IMG/VR virus record: IMGVR_UViG_3300012347_000452
Location: 1 to 64,000 of that record
Source of the DNA: a virus
Reading direction: 5' to 3' (one strand)
DNA: 64,000 nt
Shown here: positions 37,762 to 45,941 of the stretch, piece by piece
Numbering within the stretch: position 1 is the stretch's first letter
How the letters are laid out: the number at the start of each line of letters is the position of its first letter
The notes under the pieces: generated by a model
The model's database searches: none
Told to the model about the DNA's origin: nothing
What the model saw: only the letters and a program-made list of their open reading frames with translations
Position numbers and translations under genes: made by a program

Positions 37762-37780
37762 AGGAGCTTTCGGTGAAGTA

Positions 37781-37807
37781 CTACAAAATCGTAGAACCTT
37801 GATTATA
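37781..37807 (-). promoter_or_regulatory. -10 TATAAT plus GATTTT-loop leader hairpin (cassette A)
   Basis: TATAAT at 37802-37807; CTAC-GATTTT-GTAG. Confidence 0.7.
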
Positions 37808-37860
37808 ACTTCACCGATGTTGAAAAATGTAGGGTGAATTCAAACGCCCGAACGTCCAAC

Positions 37861-37933
37861 GCCTACCGTGGCCTAGGAATGCCTAGGCCGAGATTCCTAG
37901 GCCGGTGTCCTTGGCCTGGTTCCTAGGCCGAGG
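37861..37933. repeat. CCWWGG array 2
   Basis: CCWWGG at 37872, 37882, 37896, 37909, 37922. Confidence 0.85.
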
Positions 37934-37943
37934 TTTGTAGTTT

Positions 37944-37968
37944 GAAAACCGAGCATGGACGCTCGGTT
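37944..37968 (-). terminator. Cassette terminator 2
   Basis: AACCGAGC-6-GCTCGGTT. Confidence 0.7.
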
Positions 37969-37978
37969 CTCGGACCGC

Positions 37979-38266
37979 TTATTCTGATCGGACCGCGACG
38001 TTCAGCATCGCTTCAAGTCCGACCTCGTCGAACTTCTTCAACCAGGACGAATACGCTCTGGTAGCAGGACCGTTCATCTCGTTCGGACGCTCACCGCTGA
38101 TCTTTGATCGGACGCTAGAGAGCATCACACCGAGCGGTTTACTCGGACGCTTGTCACAATCGCGTTGGTAAGTAAATCGGACGAACGGTTCATATTTGCA
38201 AACCGCGCTAGGGTTTTCACTTTGACCAACAGCGATGATGGTGATCGGAGATTCTTTCTTGCTCAT
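37979..38266 (-). CDS. Hypothetical (early cassette B)
   Basis: ATGA-coupled to the upstream ORF; terminator follows. Confidence 0.65.
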   Translation of the reverse strand: MSKKESPITIIAVGQSENPSAVCKYEPFVRFTYQRDCDKRPSKPLGVMLSSVRSKISGERPNEMNGPATRAYSSWLKKFDEVGLEAMLNVAVRSE

Positions 38267-38472
38267 GCTGCGCTTTCAGGACGTGTCATGGTGAAGCTCT
38301 GACCAACGAGGTCGTAGGGCAAATCTTCACACTCGTCACACAGGTCGGACGCGACATAAGGTAAGACGGACGCTGGTAGCAACGACTCGAAGGTCGGACC
38401 ACCATCTTGCGTGAACACGCAGGCGAAGGTGTCGAAGTGAGAATCGTAGGACTTGATGAGAATATTTAGCAT
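38263..38472 (-). CDS. Small acidic hypothetical (early cassette B)
   Basis: Directly downstream of the promoter-hairpin. Confidence 0.6.
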   Translation of the reverse strand: MLNILIKSYDSHFDTFACVFTQDGGPTFESLLPASVLPYVASDLCDECEDLPYDLVGQSFTMTRPESAA

Positions 38473-38490
38473 CGGACGCTTTCAAAGAAT

Positions 38491-38519
38491 CACTGCAAAA
38501 TCACAGTGAACCGATTATA
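38491..38519 (-). promoter_or_regulatory. -10 TATAAT plus GATTTT-loop leader hairpin (cassette B)
   Basis: TATAAT at 38514-38519; CACTGT-GATTTT-GCAGTG. Confidence 0.7.
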
Positions 38520-38569
38520 ACATCGCGTTATGTGGAAAATAACGGACATTTTCAACCGCCCTATCACCG

Positions 38570-38735
38570 ACCCTAGGCTTTCCCCTTGGATTTCTCCTTG
38601 GACTACGCCTAGGCATCCCTTGGACCGTTCCTAGGCTCGTTCCTAGACTCATGCCTGCTTCTCCGTGGCCGTACTCCTAGGCCCATCCCTGCTTCTTCCT
38701 ACCCGTACTCCTAGGCTTCTCCGTGGCCGTACCCG
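38570..38735. repeat. CCWWGG/CCGTACTCC array 3
   Basis: CCWWGG at 38572, 38584, 38596, 38608, 38618, 38630, 38676, 38710. Confidence 0.85.
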
Positions 38736-38742
38736 AACATGA

Positions 38743-38765
38743 GAAAACCGAGCCTAAACTCGGTT
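38743..38765 (-). terminator. Cassette terminator 3
   Basis: AACCGAG-6-CTCGGTT. Confidence 0.65.
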
Positions 38766-38777
38766 CATTGGAAGCGA

Positions 38778-39008
38778 TTAGGCTTCTGCGTAATCTTCTT
38801 CGGACGCATTGAGCGCCCACAGAGCAGCGTCAAGCCCTGGTTTCGCATACCGAACGAGTCCAACCTGGCCCTCAAACGCGACCAGGTATTTCCAACCTCC
38901 GTCGTTCAGAGGAACCGCACACAGGGTCTCTCCCGTGTTGAGGTCCACAGTTGTGCCCATCTGAGCTTGCGTGAGTTGGGCGGGAGTGAGGGCGATGATT
39001 TTGTTCAT
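38778..39008 (-). CDS. Hypothetical (early cassette C)
   Basis: AGGA RBS; terminator follows. Confidence 0.65.
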   Translation of the reverse strand: MNKIIALTPAQLTQAQMGTTVDLNTGETLCAVPLNDGGWKYLVAFEGQVGLVRYAKPGLDAALWALNASEEDYAEA

Positions 39009-39028
39009 GGATGTTTCCTGGTGATTTG

Positions 39029-39265
39029 TTAGGCGTTCAAGGTGGGCACGTACATGTCACTCACGGTGATTCCCCATGAGACGAAGTGACCGTGACAGAG
39101 GACTTGCTCCAACCAATTGATTGCCTCCTCATCTGTGAAAAGATGGAAGACGTTGAAGATGCGCTCGGGCGCTTCCGCTTTTACCGCGTAGGGTAGTGAC
39201 TCATGGAACATGGACTTGAGAACATTGCGGGCTTTGTCCGCATCGCAGGTGGAAGAGAAGGACAT
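39029..39265 (-). CDS. Hypothetical (early cassette C)
   Basis: AAGGAG RBS, start at MSFSS. Confidence 0.65.
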   Translation of the reverse strand: MSFSSTCDADKARNVLKSMFHESLPYAVKAEAPERIFNVFHLFTDEEAINWLEQVLCHGHFVSWGITVSDMYVPTLNA

Positions 39266-39291
39266 GGTGGTCTCCTTATATAAGAAGGGTG

Positions 39292-39320
39292 CAGTGCAAA
39301 ATCGCACTGACTCAAATATA
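39292..39320 (-). promoter_or_regulatory. -10 TATATT plus GATTTT-loop leader hairpin (cassette C)
   Basis: CAGTGC-GATTTT-GCACTG, same spacing as cassettes A and B. Confidence 0.65.
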
Positions 39321-39339
39321 ACCAATGAACTCAGGACAA

Positions 39340-39875
39340 ACTTATAGGAACGAGGGAACCTTATAGGGAATCTTATAGGGGGAAGGACGACGCTCTCCTA
39401 GGCATCCCACGGACGAATCCATGCTTTTCCCCTAGGGAGATACTTTCCTAGGCCGGTGCCTTGGAACGAGCCTAGGGAATGACGCCTAGGGATGCCGAGG
39501 ACGACGTGCCCACACTTCTTCCTACCCGTACTCCAAATCAGGCCATACAGGCGTCGCCCCGTACTCCGAGGCTCGTTCTCCCTAGGGAAGAAGCAGGATG
39601 GCTCGGGCGGCGAGATTTTTTCCTGTAAGGTTTTGGGAAAGTGAGGATGAAATGATGAGGGGAATACTTCGCCCACACATTGGTTCCACATTGGTTCCAC
39701 ATTGACCCTTTCTCCGTAGCCTGACTCTCTTCCCTACTCCTCTCATCCATAGGCTTCTCCCTAGGCTCATCCTTCTCCGTATGGTTGTTCGTCTCCGTGG
39801 CCTGGTCCTTCTTGTTCGTGTTGGTGACGTTGATCTTCCTATTCGTCGTTACTGTCCTCTTCCCGTACTCCGTGA
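39340..39875. repeat. CCWWGG/CCGTACTCC/CTTATAGG array 4 (non-coding)
   Basis: CCWWGG at 39397, 39431, 39447, 39459, 39471, 39485, 39581, 39760; 12-bp tandem CACATTGGTTCC near 39676-39705. Confidence 0.8.
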
Positions 39876-40313
39876 TCTTGGTTGGGATTGTTCGGGCTTT
39901 TTCTCTCCGACGTATATCTGTATGTAGTAGGAGTAGAGACTCCTATTGTTCTTTGTTCGGGGAATCGTTCGGGCTTTCTTCTCTCAGGCTGTTGTCGGGG
40001 TCGAGCTCTTTAAACGCGATTTGAGCGCTTTCCGGTCGTTGGTGGTGTCAGCGGTCATCTTGAGTGTCTGGCACGCTTCTATGGTCGTTCTGATGCGCTG
40101 GCCAAGGTTCTTTTTCGGTGGTTGGTTCTGAGGTTGCTTATAGGTAGGGAACCTTATAGATAGGCTATTCTTTGGTTAGTAGTCGGGACTTAGTGCCTTC
40201 CTGTTAGCGTTAGCGGAAAAGTCCTTTAAAATCAACAACTTACGTTCCTAGGCCTGAACCTTATAGGGAAAAGCCTCTGCAATGAGAGGCTTTCAAGGGT
40301 TTTGGCCTGATTC

Positions 40314-40769
40314 TTATACTTTGGCCTGAGCCATTTTGAGCATCATCGTGGCCGTGTCGATCACGGCACTGACGGCCTTTTCAGCTTTGTCTGCCTGTTG
40401 CTGCGCCAAGAGAGAATAGGCGCCCTCGAGTGCCTTATCGTGAACCCGCTGGATGGTGACGAGTTCGGCGATCGCCATGCCGGTGACTGCCTCGATGTTG
40501 TTCTTTCCGAAGATGCGGGCCAGGGCATCGACGCTCTCCTCGTTATGACTCTCCCAGGGGTCAGCCGAGCAATTGATCTCCTTCAGTTGCGCCTCCGAGA
40601 ACAGACTGCCTACCGCGCAGTTGTTGCCTGACTTGTACTGATAGGCGCAATCGAGCTTGTCGCCCTTGTTGACGTTCGGTCCGATCTTGCCCTGCTTGGC
40701 CTGGTCGATGATGTGTTGGAGCGATTCGATCTTGGATCGGCATGAGACTCCATTGATGATGTGTGGCAT
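40314..40769 (-). CDS. Hypothetical phage protein
   Basis: AAGGAG RBS; CAY..NCAVGSL..QRVHD motif. Confidence 0.75.
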   Translation of the reverse strand: MPHIINGVSCRSKIESLQHIIDQAKQGKIGPNVNKGDKLDCAYQYKSGNNCAVGSLFSEAQLKEINCSADPWESHNEESVDALARIFGKNNIEAVTGMAIAELVTIQRVHDKALEGAYSLLAQQQADKAEKAVSAVIDTATMMLKMAQAKV

Positions 40770-40797
40770 TCTGTTTTCTCCTTCAGTCGTGACTTAG

Positions 40798-41229
40798 TTA
40801 CTTGGATTGCATTTCGAGCGCCTTTTCGAGCCAATGGATCATCGGCTCGGGGGTGTTGAGTCCATTGGTGTTGTCGCGAAAGGCGTACCAGGGCGCAATG
40901 TCCTCATCGTCGCGTTCGTTGTCGCAGGGCGTCTTGCCTCTTACGATAGACAGTGGGCAGGGCTCGCACCGGTCCAAATGTTCGTCTTTGTGCGAGAGGA
41001 AGTGATGGCAAAGGGAGCAAGTGGTTCCATTTATGCTCAGACCGTCCATCTGGTCATCGTCGTTGATGCCAACAACATCCGCGAACGTGCTGACTCGGAC
41101 GTTGTGCTTCTTCAGGTTCTCGGGTTTGAGGCCCTGCCACTTGGTCAGGCTGTGCTGGACGGCATCATCCGGTGTGGTGTCCTCGACCGGCTTGGGATAG
41201 AACTCGTCGATCCATGTCTTGACTGTCAT
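40798..41229 (-). CDS. Cys-rich hypothetical
   Basis: HSLTKW, CSLC, CEPCPL. Confidence 0.75.
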   Translation of the reverse strand: MTVKTWIDEFYPKPVEDTTPDDAVQHSLTKWQGLKPENLKKHNVRVSTFADVVGINDDDQMDGLSINGTTCSLCHHFLSHKDEHLDRCEPCPLSIVRGKTPCDNERDDEDIAPWYAFRDNTNGLNTPEPMIHWLEKALEMQSK

Positions 41230-41459
41230 CGGGCTTCTCCTTGTGATTGTTTGAGGGCTCGCCGGAGCTCGGCGAGGTTGTTCTTGTAGGCTCGAGGGTC
41301 GGTCTCGCTCTTGGTCAGGAAGAACGCCCGGTCGATGCCTTTGAAGACCACCTTGAAGTGACTTCCATTGCGCGGCTCGATGGACTCGACCTCGAACCCA
41401 TCGCGCTTGTATAGGGCGAACTGCTCACGCAAACGCCGGTGGATGATCAAGGCGCTCAT
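41226..41459 (-). CDS. HicA-like-fold small protein (tentative)
   Basis: GFEV..NGSHFKV..DPRAYKNNLAELRR. Confidence 0.5.
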   Translation of the reverse strand: MSALIIHRRLREQFALYKRDGFEVESIEPRNGSHFKVVFKGIDRAFFLTKSETDPRAYKNNLAELRRALKQSQGEAR

Positions 41460-41779
41460 CCTTGAGCCAATCGGTAGCCCTCACCGACGATGCGGAAGGT
41501 CGTGATCGTCCGGTCGGCGTTCTCACTGTGGATGAAAAGCATAGGCTGGCGGCCTGTGAAGTACTCGATCGCGTCCATGTAGACGCCGACGCCGATCTTG
41601 TCGTTGGTGTGGATCTCGATCAAGGCGTTGATCGGGTTCTTCCAGTCAGCACGATCCTGAACCTGCTCGAAGGCAGCTTCCAGAATCTTGTGTCGAGCAT
41701 TGGACACATTGACGGTGCGTTCGGGGGCGCTGCTGGCGATGCCCCGAAGATAGTCGGTACGCTTGTCGTCGGAGCTCAT
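41456..41779 (-). CDS. Hypothetical
   Basis: DWKNPI..AIEYFTG; ATGA overlaps. Confidence 0.7.
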   Translation of the reverse strand: MSSDDKRTDYLRGIASSAPERTVNVSNARHKILEAAFEQVQDRADWKNPINALIEIHTNDKIGVGVYMDAIEYFTGRQPMLFIHSENADRTITTFRIVGEGYRLAQG

Positions 41780-41979
41780 TCGGCATTCTCCTCAATGTGC
41801 TTGACGCATTCAATCCATGCAGCTTCTTCGCTTTCGGACGTGTCGTGGTCTTGGAAGTCATTGGTGACAGAGTTCATCCAGCGGTACTCACCGGCGAATT
41901 CGGCACCGTACTCCTGGCCCATGTCCTCGACATAGAAACCCTGGGAGATTAGTTTGGCTTTGGTTTCCTGGAAGGTCAT
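41776..41979 (-). CDS. Small acidic hypothetical
   Basis: AGGAG RBS, start at MTFQE. Confidence 0.65.
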   Translation of the reverse strand: MTFQETKAKLISQGFYVEDMGQEYGAEFAGEYRWMNSVTNDFQDHDTSESEEAAWIECVKHIEENAE

Positions 41980-42170
41980 CGCGTTACTCCTTTGTGTGTT
42001 TGAGCGATAACGTATTATCTCGACCGCACTGAGGAGAACTAATCGTTCCAATCACTTTGCCTTGCAGAATCCCATGCCGCTCGTTGGCAAGGTCTCTCAT
42101 GGCCTGGGTGATGAACCCAGGCTGATTCACGAGGTCGGCCCAGCTCCGACCGTTGCGTATGGCTTTGGGG

Positions 42171-42401
42171 TCACACAGGCCCATGTGTCACCCCTTGCAG
42201 CTTCGACAGGTAGTGCTCCTTCACCCAGTCGATGTCCAACCGGGTCATCGGCCGGTCAGGCGTATCGCCCTTGCGTCCGTGACTGCTGACCATCCAAGTC
42301 CTGATGTTGTAGTACCAGAACTGGTGATGGGTTTTGTTCCAAGCGAGAATGGTCTGGTGAATCTCCAGAATGTCGCCCTCAAGTTTGAAGCTCAGTGCCA
42401 T
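42171..42401 (-). CDS. Hypothetical
   Basis: AAGGAG RBS. Confidence 0.6.
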   Translation of the reverse strand: MALSFKLEGDILEIHQTILAWNKTHHQFWYYNIRTWMVSSHGRKGDTPDRPMTRLDIDWVKEHYLSKLQGVTHGPV

Positions 42402-42404
42402 GTG

Positions 42405-42650
42405 TTATCTCCTTGCGATCCAGCCGACCGGTTCCTGATCCTCGCTCTCAAGACGATGGAACTCGGCGTCGGCCAGGAATTGGTCCTGAAAGCAGAAGCG
42501 CCTGCCCCAGCCATCGGGACTCACGTCCATGTAGATGGCTCGGGTGAACATCAGGTCGCCGATGGCGATGATGGAGCCATCAGGCAATAGCCTGACCTCC
42601 CGGTAGTCGCCCAGGCTCTCGATGTGGGCCAAGAGCTCGGAGTCGGTCAT
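42405..42650 (-). CDS. Hypothetical
   Basis: Start at MTDSE, coupled to the upstream ORF. Confidence 0.6.
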   Translation of the reverse strand: MTDSELLAHIESLGDYREVRLLPDGSIIAIGDLMFTRAIYMDVSPDGWGRRFCFQDQFLADAEFHRLESEDQEPVGWIARR

Positions 42651-42823
42651 GCCGCTTCCTTGAGGTTGGTCTTGCGGAACCACTTATCGCCGATGAAGCG
42701 AATCCAGTCCTGGTTGGTCCACAGGGCTGTGCTCACGGGCGGCACCTGCATCCAATAGCCCCAGCCAGTCTCCTGGCCATTCAAGGTGTCGATCTTTTCC
42801 TGCTCTGTCGGTTGTGGCTTCAT
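42647..42823 (-). CDS. Hypothetical (Trp-rich)
   Basis: AGGAG RBS. Confidence 0.55.
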   Translation of the reverse strand: MKPQPTEQEKIDTLNGQETGWGYWMQVPPVSTALWTNQDWIRFIGDKWFRKTNLKEAA

Positions 42824-42836
42824 GGGGTTCTCCTGG

Positions 42837-43019
42837 TTAGCCGTTGGGGAAGTCGTTGAGTTGTTGGAGGTAGCCTTCGCGCACCAGTCGGCGATCATCG
42901 AAGGGCATGGATTCGAGGTCGTTCAGGGGAATGAGAGCCTGAGCCATCAGTCGTCCGTAGTCCCGAAGTTGTTCGCGCCCTTGTTCGAGCGCGGCGTTGA
43001 TGGCGTCGGCGTAACTCAT
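42837..43019 (-). CDS. Hypothetical
   Basis: Coupled start, RBS. Confidence 0.55.
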   Translation of the reverse strand: MSYADAINAALEQGREQLRDYGRLMAQALIPLNDLESMPFDDRRLVREGYLQQLNDFPNG

Positions 43020-43354
43020 CAGCCTCTCCTCATGGTTGAAATCTCGATGGCCTCATCCTGCGAGAAGACGGGCACGCTGTTGGACTTGTGCATGACGCCG
43101 ATGCCAAGCAGCTTGGTGCCGGTGTACTTCATGCCCTGGATCGGTTTGGTGCCACCGTTGCAGCCCGTGTCCACCGACTGATGCTCCCTGCCCGTCGAGC
43201 GCCCTGGTGGCGTCGTGAGCTTGGGAGTGTGATCGATGGCGCTTTGAGCGTGTGACCTGCGGGCGAACTTGGGCACTGAGGCCCACTTCTGTTGCAGGGC
43301 GGCGAACGAGGCGATGGCGTCACGCTCGGCGCGGGTGGGGTTCTTCTTGCTCAT
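43019..43354 (-). CDS. Conserved phage hypothetical
   Basis: YTGTKLLGIGVMHKSNSVPVFS..MRR motif; GGAGG RBS. Confidence 0.7.
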   Translation of the reverse strand: MSKKNPTRAERDAIASFAALQQKWASVPKFARRSHAQSAIDHTPKLTTPPGRSTGREHQSVDTGCNGGTKPIQGMKYTGTKLLGIGVMHKSNSVPVFSQDEAIEISTMRRG

Positions 43355-43686
43355 GAAGCCTCCAACACGCTGAAGTGATTGGACGGCCACCCGTAGAAGA
43401 ACCAGTTCTCGCCCTTGAGCGTGAAGGTGCCACGCCCATCAGGCTCGATCTGGATGAAAGGCTCGCGCCCGGTGAGCCAGGTGCTCTTGAGTCGATCCAA
43501 GAACTGCTTGGGCTCGGGGTACGCCTTAGCGTGGTAGAGGTGGGCCACCGCCTTGTGCAGCCTGGTGGCCAGCTCTTCAAACTTGGACGCGGTGAGGTTG
43601 CCGTCATACGGCAGGATGTACGCGACCCGGTCCATGCCATGAGTCAGGTGCGTCATCAGGCACTTGTTAAACGCCCGAGAAGCCAT
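43351..43686 (-). CDS. Hypothetical
   Basis: GGAGG RBS. Confidence 0.65.
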   Translation of the reverse strand: MASRAFNKCLMTHLTHGMDRVAYILPYDGNLTASKFEELATRLHKAVAHLYHAKAYPEPKQFLDRLKSTWLTGREPFIQIEPDGRGTFTLKGENWFFYGWPSNHFSVLEAS

Positions 43687-43852
43687 GATCTTCCTCCTGG
43701 ATCATCTGAATGTGGACGCGGTGCCCGTGATTGTTGAACTCGTTCTCCAAGTAGTCGTAGAGTTCGGCCACTGCCTCAGCAGAGCCGGCAGGATGCTCAC
43801 TGCCCTCCATCGGCTCGATCAGGTCGAGTAGGAGATATTTGCGTTTTGCCAT
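43667..43852 (-). CDS. Hypothetical
   Basis: GAGG RBS. Confidence 0.55.
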   Translation of the reverse strand: MAKRKYLLLDLIEPMEGSEHPAGSAEAVAELYDYLENEFNNHGHRVHIQMIQEEDHGFSGV

Positions 43853-44119
43853 GATGGTTTCCTCGTCAGTTGAGTTTGGCCAAGCGGGTCTGCTCGGCAG
43901 TGGTTGGATCGAGGCCCAGGGCCCCGGAGAAGACCGCCAGTTGGTTCCGGCGTTCGTAGATGGCGACCATGTCGCCCTGGATGAGTAGAAGTCTCATGGA
44001 GTGCTTTCTGTTGCTGATGTCTTATTGTCAGCGGTGACTGATGGACAATCAACCGCTGAAGCAGGGTCATCGCTTGTGTCCGAACACAATCCCATACGCC
44101 ATGCAAAAGAGCAGGACCG

Positions 44120-44374
44120 TCATGCAAGCTCCTGTTGGCCACCGGTGGGCTTCTCGGCCGCCAGGCGCACCCAGTGGTCGGCAGGCAGGTGAGCGAGCTC
44201 CTCTGGCAGATAGCTGCCCACATGCGCCTTCAAGCACTTCGGGCACACCTTGTCGCGGAACTCAGGCTTGTCGATCGGGGCGTAGATGTAGTGAACGCCC
44301 TCGTCGCCATCGGCTCGTTCGCCACAGATCGAGACTCCGGCAAAAACGCCGGTCATCGTGAGGTGGATTGACAT
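44120..44374 (-). CDS. Zn-binding hypothetical
   Basis: C..H..CPKC; AAGGAG RBS. Confidence 0.65.
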   Translation of the reverse strand: MSIHLTMTGVFAGVSICGERADGDEGVHYIYAPIDKPEFRDKVCPKCLKAHVGSYLPEELAHLPADHWVRLAAEKPTGGQQELA

Positions 44375-44604
44375 GCTTGCTCCTTTTCCCATTGGTGAAC
44401 TTCGGGGGTGCGAATGCCGATGTAGTCGTAGACCCAATCGGTGTTCTGCGGGTCGCGATTCCATTTGGCGATCGCTTTCTTGGCTTCAGCCTCGATCATC
44501 CGAATGCCCATGAAGGCCATGTCGGGGATTTGGGCGTCGTTGAAGGTGCCGAGATAGACCGTGTTGGTCGGGAGGTGCCTCCTCCAGTAGTGAAGTTGGA
44601 TCAC
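44353..44604 (-). CDS. Hypothetical
   Basis: GTGA overlap with the upstream stop, GGAG RBS. Confidence 0.55.
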   Translation of the reverse strand: MIQLHYWRRHLPTNTVYLGTFNDAQIPDMAFMGIRMIEAEAKKAIAKWNRDPQNTDWVYDYIGIRTPEVHQWEKEQACQSTSR

Positions 44605-44903
44605 AGTTGCTCCCAGTCGGTGTGGTTCTGTTGGCGGTACTCCATCGAGGTGCATCCGAACTGCTCGGCCCAGTCGAGTGGTGCAAAGGCGTGATCGGCG
44701 TCGGCTTCCATGATGTCGCCGCACTTGCCTGTGAAATACACCTCGCCATCGTCATCGAGTAGGCGAAACTCGTAGGGCAGCTTTGCGGCCAGGGCCTGGA
44801 GCTCGGCGAGTGCGGGGAACTTGTGGCAGTTGTGGAACTTGCCCTCGTACCGCCCTGTGTACTGCGTCTGGTGGTCGGGGTCGTGAGTGATGATCCAGTT
44901 CAT
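44601..44903 (-). CDS. Conserved phage hypothetical
   Basis: FRLLDDDGEVYFTG..FAPLDW..GCT motif. Confidence 0.75.
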   Translation of the reverse strand: MNWIITHDPDHQTQYTGRYEGKFHNCHKFPALAELQALAAKLPYEFRLLDDDGEVYFTGKCGDIMEADADHAFAPLDWAEQFGCTSMEYRQQNHTDWEQL

Positions 44904-44919
44904 AAATCGCTCCGTGTCA

Positions 44920-44949
44920 TGTTCAAAATCGAACAATTCAATTGTCACA
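44920..44949 (-). promoter_or_regulatory. Extended -10 (TGtGACAAT) plus GATTTT-loop hairpin
   Basis: TGTTC-GATTTT-GAACA; near-identical arrangement at 46371-46400. Confidence 0.6.
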
Positions 44950-44991
44950 ACCGAGTGTTGGACTTGCAACACTCAGTCGTGACATAGCCAA

Positions 44992-45717
44992 TCAATCGCC
45001 CGAATCGTCGTCCTCTTCGTCGTACTCGGCCATGTAGATGATGATGGCTTCGATGGCGCGCCCTTCTTCGTCGCGTCGGACGAGGCAGTCGTAGGAGCCG
45101 TCACCCCACCCCGTACTCGACACACAGCCAACAGGGTGCACACCCCACTGCCCTTGCGTGTCGCAAGTCAGGGCGCACACCTCGTCGTAGAAATTGTCCT
45201 TGACCGCCTCCGAGCCGCACATCTGATCGAACAGGGCGTAGTCGAAGAAGCCGGCCTGGCCCGAGTCCACACCCACATGGATGTCGGAGTCGACCCATGT
45301 GGAGTCAAACTCTGCCTCATGGTCGAAGTGGCTCTGGGTGTTCTCGTGGCGAATGTGCAGGTAGGCCACGCGACCGATGTGCGCCTCATAGTCGGCTCGG
45401 CGCTTGGCCAAGTCTTGCTCATCCATGTCCGCGATGATGCGACGAGTCTTGGCGGTTTCGGTGTCCAGCCCTTCGACAGCCGCTCGGGCTTTGGCGATGC
45501 GTTCTTCGCTCTCCTTGAGCGAGTCGAGCATCCACTGCTGTTCTTCAGGCGGTTTGCGGTAGCCGACGTGGGCCTGCCAGATGCCGTTCTTGACGTTGTC
45601 CAAGGTGCCCGCGCACCAAGTCTCCATGTCATAGCACGGGTCCGTGACCCGCAGAGCGCCCGATGACACCGCAAAGGCGTTGGGCGACGAGGTGCTGTCA
45701 ATTTTGGAGAGTTTCAT
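44992..45717 (-). CDS. DUF4241-like protein
   Basis: VTDPCY, VGVDSGQAGFFD, STGWGDGSY. Confidence 0.75.
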   Translation of the reverse strand: MKLSKIDSTSSPNAFAVSSGALRVTDPCYDMETWCAGTLDNVKNGIWQAHVGYRKPPEEQQWMLDSLKESEERIAKARAAVEGLDTETAKTRRIIADMDEQDLAKRRADYEAHIGRVAYLHIRHENTQSHFDHEAEFDSTWVDSDIHVGVDSGQAGFFDYALFDQMCGSEAVKDNFYDEVCALTCDTQGQWGVHPVGCVSSTGWGDGSYDCLVRRDEEGRAIEAIIIYMAEYDEEDDDSGD

Positions 45718-45938
45718 TTTTGTTCCTTGCTGATGATGACCATGCCAAACAGCAGATCGATCAGGACACTTGAGCTGCCGATCGAGATGCCAAGTTTGTA
45801 GTTCCAGCCCGCGCCGAAGCGCGAGCCTTGTGAGTTAAGCAGAGCCTTCGGGCCACGTTCGGTCTTGTGAGGGAACCATCCGTAGCCCTCCTGCCAGGGC
45901 CAACGTCTGGCCCTGATGGTGAAGTTGCCGAGCTTCAC
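45714..45938 (-). CDS. Hypothetical
   Basis: RFGAGWNYKLG; coupled to the downstream gene. Confidence 0.6.
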   Translation of the reverse strand: MKLGNFTIRARRWPWQEGYGWFPHKTERGPKALLNSQGSRFGAGWNYKLGISIGSSSVLIDLLFGMVIISKEQK

Positions 45939-45941
45939 GGC

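Noticed and set aside
37400-39320. Integron cassette array (attC sites)
   Set aside because: No GTTRRRY-bounded attC folds were recognised, there is no integrase in the window, and each cassette has its own promoter
39398-40131. ORFs over array 4, including hydrophobic 39785-40024
   Set aside because: Products of low-complexity, A-poor repeat DNA with no RBS; treated as non-coding
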